A DNA stretch of 64,000 bases from Bispira polyomma (Eukaryota): contig OZ287759.1 in assembly GCA_965649765.1 (NCBI GenBank), forward strand, positions 30,256,001-30,320,000. The letters are read 5' to 3'. This document shows positions 12,810 to 23,550 of this stretch, in pieces. Positions within the stretch are counted from its first letter, which is position 1. Every line of letters begins with the position of its first letter. Position numbers and translations under genes: made by a program. The notes beneath the pieces were generated by a model. That model searched no databases and had not been told where the DNA came from. It saw only the letters and a program-made list of their open reading frames with translations.

Positions 12810-14995
12810 CGATGCCAAGATACCTAGAAAGACAGATAAAGAAGGCACCTGAGTGGATCACCAGTAATTATCGTGAAATGAAGATGCTGCGCAGACAAGC
12901 CGAACGAACATGGCGCCGAAACAAAACTACTACAAATAGATCTAGACTACGCCAATGGATCACCCGGTGCAACAACACTATAAATGACTCAAAAGGTGCC
13001 TACTATGCTAACATGATATCACAAAGCGAGAGTGACCCGAAGAAACTTTAGCAAAAACTAAATAATACCCTCCACCGTAAAAAACAGACTATACTACCCG
13101 AAAATTCCAATAGCAAATCACTGGCAAACATTTTTAGTACTTTTTTCACTGATAAAATTACCAGAATCCGTGATGGTTTTACATTAGCTGCCCCAAATGC
13201 CCCTTTACCAACAGCTCCACCAACCGTCTTCAACTGTTTCTCCACAGTAACTGTTGATGAAGTCAGGAAAATTATACTGGCATCACCCGTAAAATCTTGC
13301 TTGCTAGATCCGTGGCCCACATTCCTTGTGAAAGAATGTATTGACATTTTTTTTATTGCCCTCAATCACAAAATTTATCAACCTCTCATTGATAAATAGC
13401 GTCTTTCCAGATGATTTTAAAAAGGCTATTGTCACTCCTTTAATAAAAAAACCTTCTCTTCCAAAGGCTGACTTGAAAAATTACCGTCCTGTCTCAGGCC
13501 TTTGCTATATCTCTAAGTTGGTAGAACGCGCGGTTGCCTTACAGATCAAACAACATGTTGACGTCAGCAATCTGTCCAATAAATATCAGTCAGCGTACAA
13601 AAGTGGTCATTCTACTGAGACTGCACTTCTCTGTATCAAAAATGATGTTCATACATCTTTATCCAAAGGTATGCCTACTGCCTTAGTACTGCTGGATCTG
13701 TCAGCAGCCTTTGATACTATTGATCACAAAGTTCTTCTTGAGTGCTTATCGTCTTGGTTCAGTATCAGCGGTATGGCGCTTAAGTGGTTCACGGCATATT
13801 TATCTGATAGATTCCAATCAGTCAAAATTGGCAATATCTTATCCGACCCAACATGGTTAAAATTTGGTGTTCCCCAAGGTTCCGTCCTGGGTCCCATTTT
13901 GTTTTCCATGTACACCACTCCACTCAGCAAGATTATTGCTGCATACAAAAACATAAACTTTCACTTCTATGCTGATGATACCCAACTGTACATCCACCTT
14001 ACACCTGACTCTGCCCAGGTAGCTTTCACTTCCTTACAGAACTGCCTTGTTGATGTACAACACTGGATGGCAGCAAATAAACTCAAGCTGAACCCTGAGA
14101 AGACTGAGTTTATTTTGTTTGGCTCCAAGTCGCAACGGGAAAAATTGTCCAGCTGTTTTCCACTTGACATTCTTGGCAGCAGGTTTTTTCCAGCTGACAA
14201 AGTACGAAACCTGGGTGTGGTGTTCGACTCTTAATTCTCCTTCTCGAACCATGTCACATCGGTGTGTAGATTACGTTTTGTTGGCCTCCGTGATTTCAGG
14301 CGGATTCGACGCTATCTTTCCAAATCCACTGCAATCACTGTTGCCAATGCTTTGGTCAGCAGCAGGCTTGATTACTGCAACTCTCTGTTTCGTTCCTTAT
14401 CTCGTAGTGATCTCAGACGCCTTCAGAATATCCAACACTCATTGGCACGTATTGTGACCAAAACATCTCAATTTTCCCACATTACTCCTGTACTCAAGTC
14501 ACTGCACTGGCTCCCAATATAATATTGTGTTGCTTTCAAAACAGCAACAATAATATATAAATTTCTAAATTCTGGATTACCCACTTATTTTAGCCCCCAT
14601 CTATCCAAATATACATGCTCAGTCAGGACAAGGCGCAGTAACCCTGATAAATTATACCTTAACATTCCCACTTTTGACCCTCGCATCCACAAATCCAAAG
14701 TTCAGTTCAATCACTGCCTAGCTCATGATGGCCCCCTCATTTGGAACAGCCTACCTGATCATGTTCGCCTGGCTCAAACTTTCTCCTCTTTCAGGAGTAA
14801 GCTGAAGGCCTATCTTTTTGAACAGGCTTTTCCACCTTAGCCGTCGCAACCATTTACGGTAGTCTCCCTGGTTACGACTTCCATCCGCCCACTATTTTTG
14901 ATTTTCGATTAACGTTTTGGGTTTGTTGCGCCTTAGAATTTGTTGTACAAAGATTAAGCGCTATAAAAGTACGACTAGATTAGATTAGATTAGAT
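12810..14995 (+). mobile_element. 5'-truncated L2/CR1-group LINE with a disrupted reverse transcriptase ORF, antisense in an intron
   Basis: NYRPVS, HSTETAL, LDLSAAFD, GVPQGSVLGP, YADD, SRLDYCNSL and LHWLP motifs; stops and frameshifts; gcgctataaaagt plus (tagat)n tail. Confidence 0.95.
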
Positions 14996-15516
14996 GATAT
15001 AAACTTTAATAGTATGAGTACATTGTATATAATATGTTAGCTCAAGGGGTGCATAATGGAACATGGAAAGAATAATGGTTCAATATCTAGCAGGTCGCAT
15101 TCAAACACCATGCTAGTAAGTCAGACCTATTAGTTGATGTGGGTATAACCACATCTACTTTAGTGTGAAAAAATAAACCAGCTGAACTATCTGGACCATT
15201 CCAAACTGTGTTTGATAGATTAACCCCAAAATAAAACTAAAGTACTAACTATGAGAAAGGGTTCACCAGCAGTTGTATAACTTGCGTTAGTCAATTTAGC
15301 AAGTGTCTACATAAGATTACCTGAGTTCGATAAAATTATTTTCTTTATTACTTTTGACCTGAAAATGTTTAACTTGAAAAGTTTGAGATTCCATAAAAAT
15401 ATATGACCATCCGTTATCGGTAACCAAACCCAGCCATATAGAGACCATCATCTCAAGAACCAATTCAAATAATTAACAAAATGGTATAGTTAACCCTATC
15501 CTCCCCTCTCTCAGGT

Positions 15517-15771
15517 AGGGGCCGCGATGGCCTAGTGGTCAGCAAGTATTGCACTTCACAATCACTGGTCTCTCACCTCTGGGCGGCATGAGTTCGAATC
15601 CCGTCGATGCCTATGTGGGAAAGGTGGTAGTTCCTTACTGTAGGCCGCTGGTTTCAGTGCAGAACCTTGATCAACTGTATGCAGTGTTTCCTCCAGTGTT
15701 TCTAACTACCCGTCCCAATATAACCTAAACAGGTACTAGAGTTGACGTTAAATATCCCACTTAAAAAAAAA
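15517..15771 (+). mobile_element. tRNA-derived SINE with a 13-bp target-site duplication
   Basis: A and B boxes, A-tail; ccctctctcaggt at 15504-15516 and 15772-15784. Confidence 0.9.
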
Positions 15772-15835
15772 CCCTCTCTCAGGTTTCTGGTGAAACTGAT
15801 TACTACTTGATGACAAAACGGGTGTATGTTAAAAC

Positions 15836-16730
15836 TCAAGTCTGACTTGGAGTAGGAGATATCTGGGTAATTGGGTAATTTAGTATCAAGTTCGACCTTG
15901 GAGTGGGATATATCTGGGAAATTGGGTAGTACAATATCAAGTCCAACCTTGGAGTGGGAGATAATAATAATAATTTATGCATTTGATATACCGCATTATC
16001 AACATCACTGTGATCTAATGCGCTTATGACATTATTACCCCAGCCTGGGTTCATCAACTTGTCAACCATTGTACAGTCTCAGCCCTCTCAGGGAGCATAC
16101 TAGCCCAGCTGCCACATACAGCGCTTCAGATCAACACCCATTTATACACCTGGGTAGTGAGGGACAATGTTGTGTAAAGCACCTTGTCCTAGGGTACAAT
16201 CTCCAAGCCTGCAGCGAGGATTGAGACCACCATATCTGGGTTATTGGGTAGTAAAATATCAAGTCCAACCTTGGAGTAGGATATATCTGGGTAATTGTAC
16301 AGTATAATACCAAGTCCAACCATGGAGTAGGATATATCTGGGTAATTGTACAGTATAATACCAAGTCCAACCATGGAGTAGGAGATATCAGGGTAATTGC
16401 GTAGTACAATATCAAGTCCAACCTTAGAGTAGGATCTGTCTGGGTAATTGGGTAGTAAAATATCAAGTTCAACCATGGAGTAGGAGATATCAGGGTAATT
16501 GAGTAGTACAATTTCAAATCTAACCTTGGAGTAGGATTTATCTGGGAAATTGGGTAGTAAAATATCAAGTCCAACCATGGAGTAGGAGATATCCGGGTAA
16601 TTGAGTAGTACAATATCAAGTCTAACCTAGGAGTATGATATATATATATATGGGTAATTGAATAGTAAAATATCAAGTCCAACCTTGGAGTAGGATATGT
16701 CTGGGTAATTGGGTAGTATAATGTCGTCCC
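15836..16730 (-). repeat. 51-bp minisatellite derived from the loop-C exon end plus splice donor (11 intronic units and the exonic original)
   Basis: aacc junction at 16267, 16318, 16369, 16420, 16471, 16522, 16573, 16624 and 16681, with further units at 15846-15962. Units translate as VGLDILLPNYPDISYSK variants. Confidence 0.95.
15963..16230 (-). mobile_element. 5'-truncated SINE with a Deu/Nin-like domain, inserted in the minisatellite
   Basis: Minus strand tgtccctcactacccaggtgtataaatgggt motif and an L2-like tail ending (tta)n; relatives at about 31330-31490 and 60060-60215. Confidence 0.65.
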
Positions 16731-16863
16731 AAATAGCTGTGGTGTTGATGATGTCCCACTCTCCATTCATACTGAACTGGTCTTGTTCTATAGTGTCACC
16801 GGTGTTAGATAGATTCATCCGGCTGCTCTTGTAAGCCCAGGCTCCTATTTCGATCTTACAGGC
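16684..16863 (-). CDS. nAChR-like subunit exon (second Cys of the Cys-loop, loops B, F and C)
   Basis: aacag|GCC TGT ... TCC AAG|gttgga; 180 nt, phase 0/0. Encodes ACKIEIGAWAY...NGEWDI...LPNYPDISYSK; no vicinal Cys-Cys. Confidence 0.93.
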
Positions 16864-18531
16864 CTGTTATTGTGAGCACAAAACAAATATACACTATATT
16901 AACTGTTGTGCAGTTATATATCACTGAAACTCACTTATTTACTGGCAATTAATTAATCTTCATCTTGTTTTCTTTCCTAAACAATATTTTATATGAACAA
17001 AAAAATCTTTCTCGCAAATTACAATTCATCTTGTTCTCGCAAATTATAATTCATCTTGTTCTTGTTATATGTATATAATTGTTATATTTGTATGTAACTT
17101 TTATATCCAGAGCGATTGTACACAGCTATATTGTATTGTTGGACAAGAGCGTAAAACATACCTCTGTGTAGGAGAATAACCAAGAATCAGGTGTTTCTTT
17201 AACATTAATGGTCCGAGCCGAAGGTGACGGTAACAATTTTTTTGGGGGGAATGTTTAAAGTCATTTCGAATTTCTAAATACACATAAAACCCATTATAAT
17301 TATAAATAAAGTTAAGGCAATGCAATTTTATGTTAATATAATTTTATATCATAATTTTAATGACTAAATGTAATATGTATTAAAACGTTACTGAATATGA
17401 TGTACCAGTGTAAACTTGAACTGAGTAATTTATTAAACAAGGTCATTCAATAATGTGGCCCAGAAAGCAGACAGGACATTCTTTAAAAAGAAGCACCTGA
17501 TTTTAACAATAGGTATCACCCAAACAGGTGTTTAAAAAAACAAAGGCCAAAAAGAACCCTCTATCTCTAAATATTTGGGTATGTGGAGGTGTGAAGTTAT
17601 TGCCTCTCAGTATTTAATTTCAAAACTGATTTGTGAAGCCGTGTGTGGCTCCTTTTATAGACTACCCAGTCTGGGCCAAACCAGACACTTTGCACCAAAC
17701 AGCTCAGAGAGGAACACCTGTAACTGGTCCATTTCTCAACCCAGTTCTGCAACTCTAGTTGAACATCAGTTCAATACTAGTGAACTTTGAAATTTCCAAG
17801 GCCAAGCTTATTTAATTTAGAATTTAGAATTCCTTTGAGACTGAACAAGTGTGCTACTCTGTCCGCATCACTATTCAATAGTCACAGTAAAAAGATTTTT
17901 TGCCATTAATATATTGTAGGGAAAACTGAACAACATAACCATGTAGGTTTTTAACGTAAAGTTACTGAATGGTATGCTTTCATGCTTGGCACAGATATTG
18001 TGATTTTTTTCGATCTCGTTTTAAATGTGTCTAATGTTTGCAGTTTGAAACTCAGTTGATATTTGTGAAAATTAAAGAACTGGTACTAGTCTAAAAACCT
18101 CAGACTGCTAGAAACTCTGATTGTTTCCAGGTCTTACAAGAATGAAGCACTAATCTGTACTAAACATATCACGTTATGGTTTCAAAGCATAGAATTAAAA
18201 CATTTGTGTAAATAAAATCCGAAAAAATGCTACTGAAAAATTAAAACAATGTTGATAAACTATGAAATAGGTTTATACAAATAATAATTCCTAGAATGAA
18301 GCAAAAATCTTTGCTGAACACATCATCCAGCTATGGCTCCAAAGCAAAGAACTAAAACATTTGTGTTTAAATCAAATTTCCAAATTTAATCTAAACTTAA
18401 CAACTTCACTGGTTGTTGGTGATAATCAAGACACCAAACAACTGGTTAAAAGATTCTCCAACTTTAACATAAAGCATTGAGTATAGATGTGGCCAATATG
18501 GAGTATATGGACAGGTGTAAACCCTCCTTAC

Positions 18532-18667
18532 CTGTGTGTCAAAGGGAAAGAATGTAATGTCAATATCACAGGTAGTGACAAACACGCCCCCAGGTTCCCA
18601 GTGGACGGAGCCATTGGCTCGAATCAACACCCGGATACGCTCAAAATCCTGGATCATGTCATTGGCT
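18532..18667 (-). CDS. nAChR-like subunit exon (loop E, most of the Cys-loop)
   Basis: ctccag|A GCC AAT ... CAG|gtaagg; 136 nt, phase 2 to 0. Encodes GSVHWEPGGVFVTTCDIDITFFPFDTQ, giving C-x13-C with the next exon. Confidence 0.95.
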
Positions 18668-19218
18668 CTGGAGCAATAAAAACGACTAGAATATGTTTTT
18701 TTTTTGTAAATAAAAACAAAGTGTCCCAAGCAGACATATGTACAAAATATGTAAGATTGAAAAAAAATCAGTAAAAAAGTGGACATTCCCCTGATAAAAA
18801 TATTGAATGTCTAATAGTTCCTGCGGTGATATACTATTTTATGACAGCCCTTTTTTAATATTTTGTTGAAGTTGTTCATTCTTTATCAAAATTAAAGTGT
18901 TTCTGGTTTAATGAAATAAAGACAGATTTCAAGTATCTGTGCAATTTGCACAGGGAAAGTGTTTATTCACATATAATTTAATCACTATAAAAGAGTAAGA
19001 GTAATGACCGGATGTGTCACCATTGTTACCGCACAGCCTATCGGTTATTGTTTCCACGTGCATCATGCAGATGGCCAGATTGTCAGGGATAGTTCTTATT
19101 TAGTACTAATAATCCTTAGGAAGTGTAGGTGTACAAAGCATTAGTGTTATAGTTTGATTTCACCCAAAAGATTGTGGGTTTTTTTTTTTGCATCTCCCAG
19201 ATGTTATTTCAGACATAC

Positions 19219-19328
19219 CCATTGATGACTGCTAACTCTGGGGTCCAGATCCGCTCAGCTCTCACTACCACATCTGTGATGTTGTTGTGATCTTCAGGCT
19301 CCCATGTTAACCTCTCATCTGTCCAGTC
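19219..19328 (-). CDS. nAChR-like subunit 110-nt exon (loop A region)
   Basis: tctcag|GAC TGG ... AAT GG|gtatgt. Encodes DWTDERLTWEPEDHNNITDVVVRAERIWTPELAVING; 110 nt is the size conserved in nAChR genes. Too short for the ORF track. Confidence 0.95.
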
Positions 19329-19639
19329 CTGAGACAGTGTGTATAGAACAGGCTATATTGTAATGTAATTAGTAATGTAGTATATTATTTTTTGGTGTTC
19401 TGTGGTCTCAAGGCTAGGGAGTTGGTTTGATGAAGGTCCCTGGTTCGACTACTTTTAATGTCGCTAGGTTCATTGGTGGGATAACATCCTTGGACAAGAT
19501 GTGAACAAGCCATTAGCTACTGATGGCAAAACAGACGATGTTATAGGACACATGATTGGTTGAGTGATTCACTTATTGCACTTTAGAAGATGCCTCACAT
19601 CAAAAATCGTGTTAAAAATGTATAATACAACTATGTGTA

Positions 19640-19790
19640 GAGGCCTGTATCTAGAGCTTTCTCTCTCGCTGCCCAAATTTTTGGAATAGTCTCCCAATTG
19701 ACCTTAGATCATTAGAAACACTTTCTGCGTTTTAGAGAAACTTAAAACCTATCTTGTCTAACTCACTTAGCCCCTCTTAGCTTACTCTCT
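19640..19790 (+). mobile_element. Degenerate L2 LINE 3' fragment
   Basis: Reads roughly FSLAAQIFWNSLPIDLRSLETLSAF..KLKTYL, like the end of the 12.8-15 kb element. Confidence 0.55.
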
Positions 19791-19993
19791 GTAGACCCTC
19801 TACAGAGCATTATACTAATGTTTGTTTAAAATCTGAATTTAAACTCTTACCATTATTAAGATGAAGGTTTTATAATCTAGGATAAATATTACACTTTCAA
19901 AAATACAGGTTTGGGAAGTAGAAATAAGTTCTTTTCGGTTTTGGATAACAGCTATTCACAAGATGTGTATATAGTAGAATTATAGCTTCTTAC

Positions 19994-20038
19994 TGTTAAA
20001 ATGAGGCCAGTCGTCATGAAGATTTGACTCTTTTCATC
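19994..20038 (-). CDS. nAChR-like subunit 45-nt exon (loop D)
   Basis: tttttag|GAT GAA AAG ... TTA ACA|gtaaga. Encodes DEKSQIFMTTGLILT; 45 nt is the size conserved in nAChR genes. Confidence 0.92.
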
Positions 20039-20958
20039 CTAAAAATGACAGAAAAATAGAGTTTGAACCTCTATATTTGTTCAGTTAATGTTAAACAGTG
20101 ATATTATTGCAGGGCGCATTTGTGGTAAATTGCTGAATGCCAAATTTGTCAATAAAAAAATAATGTGTGTTAAAAAGGTCACTGTTAATAAAGGGTTTTA
20201 TGACTCAGATCTGCTTCAAATAACTGAAACTTCTAACGACAAGTTTAATCTTTTTCCAGCCAAACTACTATTAAAGTTTAAAATTAATAGCCTTCAAATT
20301 AATTATAGAAAATATGGTTTGAGTTATCTTACAGGAAAAATTTAGCACCTAAAAAGTACTAGATTAGATTAGACATAGCAAAGTTAAACATCACCACAAA
20401 ATTCAATGACAATATGTCCCTTGATTTTTTTTTTCAATTTCTATGAGAACCCGTACATACAAGTATACAGTACCATATTAATTTAATCCTTTTGACCCCT
20501 ATGTTGTGTATTAGCAGCCGACGGAAATTGTTACTTCCACAATCTATGTCTGTCGTCAAGTAGTCGACAGCTCAAATATATTTTAGGAATAACCAATGAC
20601 AAAGCTCGGTATACTGTAATTTTTACTATGATTGGAGGCGTAGTAACACAAAGGCGAAGTCTCTATGTCTATGTCTCTATGTCTGTCGGCAAGCAGTCGA
20701 CTGCTCAAATATATTATTATTTTACTTTCCTTTAGTTCCTCCTCTCAACAGCAAATTGTTAGTACAGCAGATTTCCCCATTTAAAACAAAAGCAAGCATG
20801 ACTATATTGCTTAAGACTTAAGACTTCAGAGACTGAGGAGAGGAAATTGTGCATTTTCATAAGTTTAATTAGGGATAAAAGGTAATTATTTAGTAATTAT
20901 ATATACATATCGGGCTCACTCTTTTTGCTGATGACAACATCTATTGTTTTTCTCTCAC

Positions 20959-21119
20959 CAAGCTTTGTATCCGTAGTAACAAGAACTGCACTTGTACAGT
21001 GACTGTCGCTGACGTGTTGTGTACACTTCGGGCATCAGTGTCATAGTCACAAAACAGCTCTTTGATAAGCATCTCCTCAGCTGTCCTCCGTGACTTACCA
21101 CTGTCATTCCTACAGCCAG
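20959..21119 (-). CDS. nAChR-like subunit exon (N-terminal helix, beta-1)
   Basis: Encodes ...TAEEMLIKELFCDYDTDARSVHNTSATVTVQVQFLLLRIQSL|gtgaga. The acceptor is either ttacag|21119 (phase 1) or tgtag|21109 (phase 2). Confidence 0.88.
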
Positions 21120-21515
21120 CTGTAATGTAAATAAAGAAACACATTCCTACAGCCTGTTGTAATGTAAATAGACACATTCCTACAGCCAGCTGTAATGTAA
21201 ACAAGTAAACACATTCCTACAGCCTGCTGAAATGTAAATACAGAAACCCATTCCTACAACCAGCTGTAATGTAAATAACTAAAAAAATTCCTACAGCCTG
21301 CTGTAATGTAAATAACTAAAAACATTCCTACAGCCTGCTGTAATGTAAATAAATAAAAAAATTTCTACAGCCTGCTGTAATGTAAATAAATAAACACATT
21401 CCTACAATCTGCTATTATGTAAACAGCTAAAAACATTCCTACAGTCTACTGTAGTGTAAATAAATAAAACACATTCCTACAGCGTGCTGTAATGCATATA
21501 AATAGACACATTCTT
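21105..21515 (-). repeat. About 37-bp minisatellite (about 11 units) built from the splice acceptor of the 20959-21119 exon
   Basis: The unit cattcctacagcctgctgtaatgtaaataaataaaca reads tgtttatttatttacattacagcaggctgtaggaatg on the minus strand; the last unit runs into the exon. Confidence 0.92.
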
Positions 21516-23059
21516 CTTTGAAAAAAACCACCTCCATGGCATACTACTCTCATTCCTGCATTAGGCTGTATAGGTAAATAAATAAACATGTGCAGTAGAA
21601 ACTCCATTATCCGAACAAACCACAAACAGCCCTATCCTTAGCTGTGCTCCTTGTCTTAAAATTCGATATTCGGATAATAGAGGTTTTACTATATCACTAC
21701 GACATAGGTCAATGTAAATTAACTAAAAAAATAAATCTTATTGCATTTATTTGACTTAAAAACATTTTTTATTTGCCACTTATTGTTTTACTAACTATTA
21801 TACAATTTTTTTTTGTTCTTAAGTGGACACAGCAAGTATATTGGCAATGACATGTTCAACTTTTAGACTGTCAGTGTATTAAAAAGGCTGAAAAATGTGG
21901 AATCACATAAGTTGCAAGTTGCTGCATACAAGACATAGTGTGCTTCAGGCATTGGATGAAGCCTTATAAAAAGGCTGTGACATTTCATTTGAAGTTATTC
22001 ACATGACTCAGACATACTATTAAATAATGTTAAAAATAGCACCCCCATAGCACCCCCACAGCATTTGGGTGAAAACAGATAATTATGTAGTACATCTACC
22101 CCAGGAATATGTTGCACCAAGTATGAAAACTTCTTAAATACTCGGATAAATTTTGGTAGTTGGAATCTGGATGCCTGCCTGCTAAAAAACTGGTTCAAGA
22201 GTAAAAGATTCCAGTCAATTTCTACCAAAAACGTTTTCTCCATTATAGTTTTTGTTGTTGAATTTTAAAAATTAAGTTGGGGGTTACGGCACTTCAAACA
22301 GCTTAGGTCACATTGCGACGGCTAGATTTTGAGGATGGAAGAAACCAGTGCCTGAAGCACCGTAAGTCACCACACTACAGCAAGTACCTGACAAACTTTC
22401 CCACATGAAAGAACGAATAAATTTGAAACCGACTTTGGTTAGATGTTATAAAACTAAAACTTCTGTCCACTTGGTCACGGCGGTACCCGCAACCATTGCA
22501 ACATAGGTCGTATTCACAAAAGGGCTTAGTCGTAACTTTGTCTTAAGCTTAACATTTATGTCTAAAATATTTAAGACATGCCTACTACCTACTAATAGTG
22601 TTAAGTTAAAACACACACAAAAATAATCTTTTTTTGGGACTAAATCTTAACATTTTTGGCAAAAAATCAAACAAGCCAAGCTTAAGACTTATTAAGGCAA
22701 TGAGCCTTTTGTGAATAAGGCCACAGTGAATTTAAAAGGATAGGAGAACACAGGCAATCATCTGTCTCTTGTCTCAGACCAATGGATTCTCAGTGTTCAA
22801 TAGCACATTACAGGCTGATCTATGGGGGTCTATGTGTCTAAAGAAGTGTCTGTGTATGGATATTTTTTATCAGGCCCAGCCTGATATTGTTTTTACTCTG
22901 AAAAAGGTGTGGCCATGTTAGAAAAAAAATGCTTAAGGCCTTCATGGATTGGTTGGAAGCATTTCAATTTGAATTGACTTCAACTGACCTGGACAATCTG
23001 AGTGATGTCAGCCTAATATTGTCAGGCGCTGCTTGCTATTGCCATCATGTTGGAAACAC

Positions 23060-23550
23060 TATGTAATAATAATAATATCGCGCAAAATCCACATGAGTGA
23101 TCAGGACGCTGTGGTTGCAGAATTTACTCACAGGTTTCTATAAAAAATGTGTGTTTTTAGTTCTTTAAAAAAAAGTCTGTTGATGAATTGAATTGAATTT
23201 GGATATTTAACGTCCACTCTAGTACCTGTTTAGGTTATATTGGGACGGGTAGCTGGAAACGCTGGAGGAAACACTGCATACATTTGATCAAGATTCTGCA
23301 CTAAAACAAGCGGTCCACAGTAAGAAACTACCACCTTTCCCACATAGGCATTGATGGGATTCGGACTCACGCCGCCCAAAGGTGAGAGACCAGTAATTGT
23401 GAAGCGCAATGCATGCTAACCACTAGACCAATGCGGCCCTGTCTGTTGATGAATCACGTTGTAACTTTGAAGGTAGATTGTTCCTTAACTTAGGGGCAGC
23501 CACACTGAATGCCCGGTCCCCAGCAGATGTAAGGTCTCCATGGAGTGGTT
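23060..23550 (-). mobile_element. L2 3' fragment interrupted by a SINE (23189-23440)
   Basis: Minus strand GDRAFSVAAPKL.NNLP...LKTH remnant. The SINE is of the 15517 subfamily, has a (ttcaa)n tail and is flanked by gtctgttgatgaat at 23175-23188 and 23441-23454. Confidence 0.8.

Noticed and set aside
16131-16766. 211-aa repetitive ORF as a separate gene
   Set aside because: It is an alternate frame of the 51-bp array running into a SINE.
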